Positions 19,114 to 26,731 of a stretch of DNA of 64,000 nt are shown in pieces. A model generated the notes under the pieces. It was not told the origin of the DNA. It did no database searches and was given only the letters and a program-made list of their open reading frames with translations. Origin of the DNA: Desulfobacterales bacterium. Lineage in GTDB: Bacteria > Desulfobacterota > Desulfobacteria > Desulfobacterales > JAQWFD01. The position numbers and the translations under genes are program-made. The stretch spans positions 880-64,879 of the forward strand of contig JAQWFD010000019.1 in assembly GCA_028704555.1 (NCBI GenBank), written 5' to 3'. The stretch's first letter is position 1. The number at the start of each line of letters is the position of its first letter.

Positions 19114-19221
19114 GAAATGTTGAATAACATCTTAACAGATAAGAGTCAAAAGCAGATTTGCCCCCTTTTCTTATGACCTCTTTTTTTAACTTTTCCCGGT
19201 GATATTAATACGCAGCCGGAA

Positions 19222-19310
19222 TCGGACCAGGATAACATATTAAAATAAAATAAATACCCTCAAAATCGACCCATAAAATACCGCCTGGAATTCACTTCTG
19301 GATATCCAGA
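19222..19310 (+). repeat. direct repeat R2 (right boundary of the cyclase cassette)
   Basis: Copy of 16485-16572. Directly abuts MITE-like copy A. Confidence 0.85.
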
Positions 19311-19459
19311 AATTACTAATTTGCCGGTTATCGAGCCTCAAAGTGTCGCCATTTCCGCAATGCTGTTGAGCGGGAATCCGGGATCTTTGCTGGATGCCCG
19401 ATAAAAACATTCGGGCATGACGATAACGATAAATGGTACTTTTGAAAATCCGGAGCCCC
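19311..19459 (-). repeat. MITE/REP-like element, copy A
   Basis: Reverse complement matches 59404-59566 and 62843-63085. Contains hairpins ATGCCCGA-N9-TCGGGCAT and TTCCCGC-N10-GCGGGAA. Confidence 0.85.
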
Positions 19460-19621
19460 TTAAATCGAGAAAACTTTGATCTTGGAGAAGCTTTTGCATA
19501 TAATATGCTCCATAGGGATAAAAGACAGATTCGAAAAATTATTGCTGTGTCGCCAAACTCGAAGTATCTTGGACGACAAGTAAGGCGGGCGTTCGCTTCT
19601 GAAAAATAGGGAGGAGATCCT

Positions 19622-20044
19622 ATGAGAACAAAGCATGTCATCCTGATGAGCATGTTATTGATCTGCTTCGGTTTCAGTCTTTCGTGGGCTGATTCCGAGA
19701 CCGAAAGGGCAGCACGTTCTGCCGCTGATGCGTGGCTTTCTCCCATTGATAGCGGTAACTATTCGGGCAGCTGGAAAGAAGCCTCCACCTATTTTAAAGG
19801 AGCTGTATCTGAACAAAGCTGGTCAGCATCGCTGGAGGCAGTCCGCAAACCGCTCGGAAAATTCTTCAGTCGAAATATGTTAAAGGCACAGGAATCAAGC
19901 AGTCTTCCCGGGGCACCAGACGGAAGGTATGTCATCATGTCTTTTACGACATCATTCGAGCACAAGAAATCAGCTATCGAAACAGTAACATTCATGCTCG
20001 ACAAAGATGGAAAATGGAGGGCGGCAGGATACTTCATCCAATAA
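19622..20044 (+). CDS. DUF4019 domain protein, secreted
   Basis: GGGAGGAG RBS and signal peptide. Shows the pattern W..ID.G.Y..SW...LPG.PDG.Y...DG.W...GY.I typical of DUF4019. Confidence 0.75.
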   Translation: MRTKHVILMSMLLICFGFSLSWADSETERAARSAADAWLSPIDSGNYSGSWKEASTYFKGAVSEQSWSASLEAVRKPLGKFFSRNMLKAQESSSLPGAPDGRYVIMSFTTSFEHKKSAIETVTFMLDKDGKWRAAGYFIQ

Positions 20045-20079
20045 AACAGCCAACAAATAAATGATGATACTACGGGTGA

Positions 20080-20685
20080 ATGGAGGCATCAATGATTAAA
20101 AACAGGGTTCGTTACATGATGTTGTTTCTCGCACTCAGCCTGATATCCGGCTGCGGATACAACACGATGCAGCAGAATGAAGAGACGGTGTTCAAGGCAT
20201 GGGGGGACGTGGAATCCAGCCTCCAGAGGCGTGCCGACCTGATCCCCAACCTTGTGGAGACCGTCAAAGGGTATGCGTCCCATGAAAAAGAGACGCTTGA
20301 AGCGGTTATTGAGGCCCGGTCCAAGGCAACCTCAGTGCAGCTGTCCCACAAGGATCTGGGCAGTGCAGAGGCCATGGAACGTCTCAGCCAGTCGCAGGGG
20401 GGATTGTCTTCCGCACTGTCCCGGCTTATGGTCATTGTTGAGAGATATCCGGATCTTAAAGCCAATCAAAATTTCCTGGATCTTCAAAATCAGCTGGAAG
20501 GGACGGAAAACCGCATCAATGTAGCGCGTCAACGGTATAATCAGGCGGTGGAACTGTTCAATTTCTCTATCCGGAAATTTCCGGACAGTCTTACCAACAG
20601 CCTTTTACTCCACCTTGAACGAAAGGAATATTTTAAGGCGGAAGAGACGGCAAAAAGCGCGCCCAAGGTTAAATTTACCCAATAA
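20080..20685 (+). CDS. lemA: LemA family lipoprotein
   Basis: Lipobox LISGC. Carries the LemA signature [31 protein letters not shown]. Confidence 0.9.
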   Translation: MEASMIKNRVRYMMLFLALSLISGCGYNTMQQNEETVFKAWGDVESSLQRRADLIPNLVETVKGYASHEKETLEAVIEARSKATSVQLSHKDLGSAEAMERLSQSQGGLSSALSRLMVIVERYPDLKANQNFLDLQNQLEGTENRINVARQRYNQAVELFNFSIRKFPDSLTNSLLLHLERKEYFKAEETAKSAPKVKFTQ

Positions 20686-20774
20686 ACCGATCTTTGGCCA
20701 TTCGGATGATTGTTTATTATTCCTGTTGCGCCCCCCGCCCTCTTTACACCGGGGGCGCTCATTTAAGAGACGAG

Positions 20775-21671
20775 ATGATGAATAAACCTGTGACGATAAG
20801 GCTGATAAAATATATATGGATGGGCTGCCTGGGCATCTTTCTTTGCGCTGCCCTGGCCCATGGACTGGAAGTGCCAAAGCTCAACGGACGGGTGAACGAC
20901 TTTGCCGGCATGCTGTCTCCTGCCACTGAAAATCAACTCGAGACCGTGCTCACCGATTTGGAACGGACCGATTCCACGCAGATTGTTGTGCTTACCATTC
21001 CCTCTCTCGAAGGAGAGAATATCGAGGAATACTCGATCCGAGTCGCCGATGCCTGGAAAATCGGTCAAAAAAAGATAGATAACGGTGCGATACTTATAAT
21101 TTCTAAAAACGACCGCAAGCTTCGCATCGAAGTTGGATACGGCCTGGAGGGGACCCTGACCGATTTGATAGCCGGACGTATCATCGGAAACATTATCGCC
21201 CCCCAGTTCAAAACGGGCAATTTTGATCAGGGCGTGACCGATGGAGTTCAGGCCATGATCCAGGTGGTCCGTGGAGAATTCAAGGCGACAGAGGAGACTC
21301 GCCGGGCACCTGGTCCTAGCCGGGGGCACTCGAATCTGTTCAGTGTAGTTGTCTTTCTTTTTCTGATCAATTTAATGGGAAGGATCCGACGCCCGCTCGG
21401 GGCCCTGTTCGGAGGCATCCTTTTTCCGATCCTGGGGGCCATGTTTTTTAACCTCGGTCTGCTCTGGTCTGTGTTGATGATCCCCATCGGTGTCATCTGT
21501 GGACTTTTGATGAGCCTGTTTGGTTCCCCTCTCAGCTTTAGTTCCACCCCTTCCCAACGCAGGCATGGAGGAGGCTTCTGGCTGGGTGGCGGCGGCGGGG
21601 GTTTTGGCGGCGGGGGTTTTTCAGGGGGCGGCGGCGGTTTCGGAGGCGGGGGCGCCTCCGGCGGGTGGTAA
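20775..21671 (+). CDS. TPM-domain (YgcG-like) membrane protein with a Gly-rich tail
   Basis: Signal peptide and TPM domain (VNDFAGMLS..QIVVLTIPSL..ILIISKNDRKLRIEVGYGLEG). C-terminal TMs and a GGGGGFGGGGFSGGGGGFGGGG tail. Start taken at MMNKP. Confidence 0.85.
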   Translation: MMNKPVTIRLIKYIWMGCLGIFLCAALAHGLEVPKLNGRVNDFAGMLSPATENQLETVLTDLERTDSTQIVVLTIPSLEGENIEEYSIRVADAWKIGQKKIDNGAILIISKNDRKLRIEVGYGLEGTLTDLIAGRIIGNIIAPQFKTGNFDQGVTDGVQAMIQVVRGEFKATEETRRAPGPSRGHSNLFSVVVFLFLINLMGRIRRPLGALFGGILFPILGAMFFNLGLLWSVLMIPIGVICGLLMSLFGSPLSFSSTPSQRRHGGGFWLGGGGGGFGGGGFSGGGGGFGGGGASGGW

Positions 21672-21721
21672 TGGCGAGGCCATCAAGATTGTTGTTTTTC
21701 AAAATTCTACAGGTGCCGAAA

Positions 21722-22378
21722 ATGAAATCTTTAGCCCAACAGTTTTTATCCGATCAGGACATGGAAAAAATTATTCAAACGGTCAGGGAAGTGGAACTGA
21801 GGACCGCCGGTGAAATCGTCCCGATGGTGGTTTCAAGAAGTTATTCCTATCCCATGGCCGATGTGATCGGCGCAGTGGTGTTTGCGCTTCCGATCTCATT
21901 GATACTCAGCCATTTCATCGGCGGCTGGCTGTGGATCGGCCACGAGAACATGTGGCTTTTTTCAGGCGTTTTGACAGCCTGTTTCATCGCCTTTCATCAG
22001 ATTTGTAAGCACATCCTCTGGCTGAAGCGGCTATTCATCTCCCCAAGGGAAATCGATGAAGAAGTTGAGGAGGCTGCGACCACCCATTTTTTTCGTGAGG
22101 GGCTTCATCGAACTCGGGAGGAGACAGGCATTTTGATCTTTATCTCTGTTTTCGAACGCAAGGTCTGGGTCCTTGGCGCCGAGGGTATCAACAAAAAGGT
22201 GTCAAAGGACCAATGGGATAAAATCGTTCATATCATTACAGACGGAATTAGACAGAAAAACCAGACAGAGGCCATCTGCCTTGCAGTGAAAGAGGCCGGC
22301 CAAATGCTTGAGAAATATTTCCCCATCAGGCAGGATGATCGGGATGAGCTCAAAAACCTGATTATGGAAGATGAATAA
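21722..22378 (+). CDS. TPM-domain (DUF477-like) membrane protein
   Basis: FLSDQDMEKIIQTVREVELRTAGEIVPMVV..GILIFISVFERKVWVLG. Third gene of the conserved LemA-TPM-TPM triad. Confidence 0.8.
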   Translation: MKSLAQQFLSDQDMEKIIQTVREVELRTAGEIVPMVVSRSYSYPMADVIGAVVFALPISLILSHFIGGWLWIGHENMWLFSGVLTACFIAFHQICKHILWLKRLFISPREIDEEVEEAATTHFFREGLHRTREETGILIFISVFERKVWVLGAEGINKKVSKDQWDKIVHIITDGIRQKNQTEAICLAVKEAGQMLEKYFPIRQDDRDELKNLIMEDE

Positions 22379-22449
22379 AAAGCGGGGTCGGACCGAAAGC
22401 GCCGATGCATCCTGTCTGGCTGCGTTACGAAAGCTCGGAATATTTTAAG

Positions 22450-23298
22450 CTACCGATATTCCAAACACAGCCCGACCCCTACTTCCTTTACGGGTGCTAC
22501 CGCTGTCAGGCATACTTTAGAGTCAAAATCGGTACAATGGCAGGCGTGCAGCTTTTTCAATCCAAGTCCTTTCAGATAATCGAGCGTTCCCTGCATTTGT
22601 TCTTTTGGAGGATTGAGCAGATGTAATCCGCCGATTATATCGACAATTCGATCGTCTCTGCAAACACGTCGGGCATATTCAAGTATATTGCAGATGCCGG
22701 CATGAGAACAGCCTGTTATTATGACCAATCCGTCCTCTGATTTATACGCGAGCGCCGTATCATCGATCACGAAGTCATCCTGTGTCTCCCCTTCTTTGCG
22801 ACCCAGCGGATGGTGAGATTCAAAGGAAAATTTACGCGGAATTTCACCAAGATAAACAAGTCGATCCGTCAGGTGAACAGGAACACTGCTGAGGCTGAGT
22901 TTAAATTGCTGTTTCAGTTTCTCTTCAGATATTATGGAACCAATCTCACCCACGCCGTCAATGACGGTACTGATAAACGCTTTTGGATGGGCGACGAGTT
23001 CCGGTTTTTTATGCAAATGGTTCTGGAGGATCGCGTTGGTGTATTCACGAATAAGCGTATCCACTCCCCACGTGTGATCCATATGGCAGTGTGAGAAAAC
23101 AAGATAATCCAGAAAAAGCAGATCAATCCCCATTTTCCGGGCATTTTCAAAAAAAATATGGCTGTAACCACAATCAAAAAGGAGCCTTGTATCCTGATCT
23201 TCAATAAAAAACGAAAGCCCCGGTTCAGCAAGAAAATAGTTGTCGATATACGTATTATTATCCACAAGAACGGTTAATTTCATTTTCATCTCTTTCAT
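22450..23298 (-). CDS. MBL-fold metallo-hydrolase
   Basis: HxHxDH motif SHCHMDHTWG plus downstream His/Asp ligands. Confidence 0.85.
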   Translation of the reverse strand: MKEMKMKLTVLVDNNTYIDNYFLAEPGLSFFIEDQDTRLLFDCGYSHIFFENARKMGIDLLFLDYLVFSHCHMDHTWGVDTLIREYTNAILQNHLHKKPELVAHPKAFISTVIDGVGEIGSIISEEKLKQQFKLSLSSVPVHLTDRLVYLGEIPRKFSFESHHPLGRKEGETQDDFVIDDTALAYKSEDGLVIITGCSHAGICNILEYARRVCRDDRIVDIIGGLHLLNPPKEQMQGTLDYLKGLGLKKLHACHCTDFDSKVCLTAVAPVKEVGVGLCLEYR

Positions 23299-23341
23299 AA
23301 AGTATATGTCTACCGCATCATATCTTGCCGGTATAGCATCA

Positions 23342-23956
23342 TCAATCCACCAGGACCACCCGAAAACAGATATCCTGTCGAACCTGCTCCGTATTTTCAG
23401 CCTTCATCAGCACCAGCCCGCCGGCTTCCATGCCCGCCGGGGTTTTCAGGTTCACGCGCACCGTGACATCGCCGGCGTTAAATAAAATCTCCTTTACCGT
23501 ACCCGTGCGGGCCTCGGCAGATGTCAGGGGCAGGTCGACGATCCATCGGGCGGCCTGGCGGCCCCCGCGGGTTTCAAAGCCGAAAGGAAAATGGCCTCTC
23601 ATGCCGCAGCCTCTTCGGCCAAATCCGCCCCCCATGCCTTTTCCCCTGCAATGAAAATTACCGCCAAATCCACGCGGGTCGCCTGAAAACCGGGCACTGA
23701 GATCATCATCGTAACTGCCGTTTTCCTGGAATCCGGCATGCCCGTATGCATCATAGCGCCTGCGGGTATCCCCGTCACTCAGAATAGAATAAGCCTCGTT
23801 GATCTGCTTGAAACGTTCCTCTGATTCAGTATCCCCACCATTTGTATCCGGATGGTAACAAAGCGCAAGACGCCGATATGAGCGTTTGATCTCTTCCACG
23901 CCGGCATCACTTGCCACTTCTAAAACAGCATAATAGTCCTTATTCTGCATCTGCAT
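23342..23956 (-). CDS. J-domain (DnaJ-like) protein with a G/F-rich linker
   Basis: DYYAVLEV..YRRLALCYHPD. The HPD tripeptide is present, followed by a Gly/Phe/Arg-rich stretch. Lacks the DnaJ zinc-finger repeats. Confidence 0.85.
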   Translation of the reverse strand: MQMQNKDYYAVLEVASDAGVEEIKRSYRRLALCYHPDTNGGDTESEERFKQINEAYSILSDGDTRRRYDAYGHAGFQENGSYDDDLSARFSGDPRGFGGNFHCRGKGMGGGFGRRGCGMRGHFPFGFETRGGRQAARWIVDLPLTSAEARTGTVKEILFNAGDVTVRVNLKTPAGMEAGGLVLMKAENTEQVRQDICFRVVLVD

Positions 23957-24259
23957 CTATCCCTTCAAAAAACATCTCCAAATGACATTTAACCCCTTTC
24001 CGGCTTCAAATTTTACAAAACGCCTTCCTCAATTCCGGGCACATGATCTTCACCCATTATGATTACCGAACGACTGGTAACGCTGTCAATAAATGCTTTT
24101 AATTCAACCCGGAATATACAAAAAAATATAAAAATTCTGTAACCGAAACTAAAATTATGGTTCTATAGTCTCAGATATGTAAATCAAAAGCAATTCCTTC
24201 TCTTGGAGTGGAAAACGACGCAATTGGAATCTGATGTTATTATTATACAAGGGGGATAA

Positions 24260-25240
24260 ATGCCCGGAGATATTTCCAGAAGAGCTTTTTTGAAAGGCAG
24301 CCTGACATCGGCCTGCATGCTTGCCGCATCACAGGTGCCTGCAGGCGCTGCGATTACAGATGGAACGGAACAGCTTGCCACGCTCATCGATATCAGCAAA
24401 TGTGTAGGTTGCGGGGCCTGCGTGGAGGCCTGCAAAGATATGAATTCACCAAAATTTCCAAGGCCTGAAAAACCTTTTCCGAAAATGGTACCCGCCAGGG
24501 TGCCTGTGGAAGACTGGTCCGAAAAGCAGGAAGTGACTGATCGGCTGACGCCTTACAACTGGCTCTTTATTCAACACGCCACCGTCCGCGTGAACGGAGA
24601 GGAGACCGAGCTGACCATCCCCCGGCGCTGCATGCACTGCGTAAATCCGCCCTGCGTGAAATTATGCCCGTGGGGCGCTGCCAGACAGCTGGAAAACGGC
24701 ATATCCGTCATTGATTCTGACCTGTGTCTGGGCGGCAGCAAGTGTAAAAAAGTCTGTCCGTGGCAGATTCCCAATCGCCAGACAGGTGTAGGGCTGTATC
24801 TGGATCTGCTGCCGGCTTTTGCCGGAAACGGCGTAATGTACAAGTGCGACCGCTGTTACGACCGGATCTCAAAAGGTGAATTGCCCGCATGCATCGAGGC
24901 TTGTCCTGAAGGTGTTCAGACCATCGGACCCCGGGAGGAAATTATCGAGGCAGCGCGAAAACAGGCCAAACAAATCAACGGCTATGTATACGGAGAAACG
25001 GAAAACGGAGGCACCAACACACTGTATGTCTCTCCGATCCCTTTCGAAGAAATAGATAAGGCGCTTGAAACCGGCAAGGGCAAGCCACACTTAAAGCCTG
25101 TGGAAAATTCCATGGGACAGGCCAACGCCCTGGTTGCGGCTATGGCACTGGCGCCGATAGCCGGAATAGCCGCGGCTGCCGGAAAATTATATCACAGGGT
25201 AAAAACGGAGAAACAAGGAGAATCCGATGCATCCAGATAA
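24260..25240 (+). CDS. Tat-exported 4x[4Fe-4S] ferredoxin-type subunit (FdnH/HybA/NrfC-like) with a C-terminal TM anchor
   Basis: Twin-arginine signal SRRAFLKG. Several CxxCxxCxxxC(P) clusters. C-terminal hydrophobic helix. Confidence 0.85.
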   Translation: MPGDISRRAFLKGSLTSACMLAASQVPAGAAITDGTEQLATLIDISKCVGCGACVEACKDMNSPKFPRPEKPFPKMVPARVPVEDWSEKQEVTDRLTPYNWLFIQHATVRVNGEETELTIPRRCMHCVNPPCVKLCPWGAARQLENGISVIDSDLCLGGSKCKKVCPWQIPNRQTGVGLYLDLLPAFAGNGVMYKCDRCYDRISKGELPACIEACPEGVQTIGPREEIIEAARKQAKQINGYVYGETENGGTNTLYVSPIPFEEIDKALETGKGKPHLKPVENSMGQANALVAAMALAPIAGIAAAAGKLYHRVKTEKQGESDASR

Positions 25241-25697
25241 CCAGTCGCCGGTTCAGTATAAAATTATTCACGCTGTTTATGGAATCACGGTATTTTTTCT
25301 GTCCCTGTCAGGATTTGCCCAGATGCCGATTTTCAAGCGTTACTATATTGCGGATATCCCGGGCCTCGGCTGGCTTGCCCGGTTTTATGCAACCCATTAC
25401 ATCCACTACCTTGGCGCAATCCTGCTGCTCGGGCTTCTGGGCTACCTGCTGACCGATTATCTGCTGCTGCAACGAAACCGGGTCAGCATTACCGTGACCG
25501 GCTTTATCCGATCGATATTGATCGCCGGAATCGTGCTGACCGGAAGCATGCTGGTCGTAAAAAATCTGGGGGATTTTTTCCTGTCCCCTTCATCCATCGT
25601 GCTGCTCGACCTGTGCCACCTCGGGTTTGCCATGGCATTTCTGACATTCGTCACGTATTGCCGGATTTTCCGAAAAAGGTGGACAATCATCCAATAA
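25227..25697 (+). CDS. 4-TM membrane protein, possible cytochrome b-type partner (FdnI-like)
   Basis: Overlaps the FeS gene by 14 nt. Four hydrophobic helices with conserved-looking His residues in TM1, TM2 and TM4. Confidence 0.5.
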   Translation: MHPDNQSPVQYKIIHAVYGITVFFLSLSGFAQMPIFKRYYIADIPGLGWLARFYATHYIHYLGAILLLGLLGYLLTDYLLLQRNRVSITVTGFIRSILIAGIVLTGSMLVVKNLGDFFLSPSSIVLLDLCHLGFAMAFLTFVTYCRIFRKRWTIIQ

Positions 25698-25737
25698 AAC
25701 CCTATGTATTCATCAATGAAATGTAAGGAGCGTAACC

Positions 25738-25827
25738 ATGAAAGAAGTTATCATTTTTATCGTCATTCTCGGTGTCTGGTATCTGTTACAGGCGGTGATT
25801 TTACCTAAAATGGGTGTTTCCACCTGA
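25738..25827 (+). CDS. possible 29-aa single-TM micropeptide
   Basis: TAAGGAG RBS 7 nt before the ATG. Sequence is MKEVIIFIVILGVWYLLQAVILPKMGVST. Too short for the ORF track. Confidence 0.35.
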   Translation: MKEVIIFIVILGVWYLLQAVILPKMGVST

Positions 25828-25870
25828 ATGAAAGATGCCTGTCAGTTGACAGACAAAAATAAAAAGAAAA

Positions 25871-26485
25871 ATGAAAAAAAACCAGGAAAAGAAAACAATA
25901 CATGATAACGATACCAAACTGATTCGAGCCATCAATTCCGGTCGGAGGGAACTGTTTTATGAGCTTGTAAAAAGGCATGAGCACTCGCTTTACAATTTCG
26001 GTCTTCGGATGTGTGGTGAGCCCCGGGATGCCGAAGATATGGTTCAGGACACCTTTTTAAATGTTTACCGGTACCTGGACGGTTTCAGATATGAGACCCG
26101 ATTCAAAAACTGGCTGTACCGGATCGCCACACGCGCATGTATCAAAAAACGCAGAAAATCCATATATGCTCCGGAAAAAGAATTGTCTCTTGAAGAATTT
26201 CTGCCATCGGATGAATCCCAGATACCCGATGAGGTGCCGGAGTGGGCGCTCATGCCCATCGACAAGCTGCTGAACCGGGAGCTGAACGGTATGATCCGTG
26301 ATGCCATTCTGGCCCTTCCCGAAAAATACCGGGTGGTCATCGTTCTTCGGGATCTGGAGGGATTTGATACCGCAGAAACGGCGCAAATTTCAGGCATCAC
26401 CCCCGTTAACGTCAAGGTGAGGCTCCACCGGGCCCGCCTTTTTTTACGAGACAAACTCAAAGCGTATTTTCATCATGACGACTAA
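25871..26485 (+). CDS. ECF-family RNA polymerase sigma factor
   Basis: Region 2 (DAEDMVQDTFLNVY..FKNWLYRIA) and region 4 HTH (ETAQISGITPVNVKVRLHRAR). Confidence 0.9.
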   Translation: MKKNQEKKTIHDNDTKLIRAINSGRRELFYELVKRHEHSLYNFGLRMCGEPRDAEDMVQDTFLNVYRYLDGFRYETRFKNWLYRIATRACIKKRRKSIYAPEKELSLEEFLPSDESQIPDEVPEWALMPIDKLLNRELNGMIRDAILALPEKYRVVIVLRDLEGFDTAETAQISGITPVNVKVRLHRARLFLRDKLKAYFHHDD

Positions 26486-26723
26486 ACCATACCCACATCA
26501 GGAATGCCTCAGGCTCTTTGAAAAACTGTCTGAGTTTATCGACGATGAACTCGATGCGGTTACCTGCCAGGACATCGAACAGCACCTGAAGGATTGCAGG
26601 GCCTGTACCGCCTGCATGCAAACCCTCAAAAAAACCGTTGAACTGAGCAAGTGTACCGGTTCACATCCGGTACCGGAAACATTTTCCGAGAACCTGAAGA
26701 ATTTGATCCGGAAAATGAGCTGA
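26475..26723 (+). CDS. soluble zinc-binding anti-sigma factor (ZAS, RsrA-like)
   Basis: Overlaps the sigma gene. HxxxCxxC motif (H37 LKD C41 RA C44) plus C11. No TM segment. Confidence 0.75.
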   Translation: MTTKPYPHQECLRLFEKLSEFIDDELDAVTCQDIEQHLKDCRACTACMQTLKKTVELSKCTGSHPVPETFSENLKNLIRKMS

Positions 26724-26731
26724 GCGGCCTC

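Noticed and set aside
19240-19746. The 168-aa ORF here and the 165-aa ORF at 62595-63092, which share GL(R/W)IFKSTIYRYRHARMFLSGIQQR..IPAQQHCGN.
   Set aside because: The shared peptide is simply the translation of the MITE/REP-like DNA repeat. There is no RBS or start context, and the reading frames are not maintained outside the repeat.
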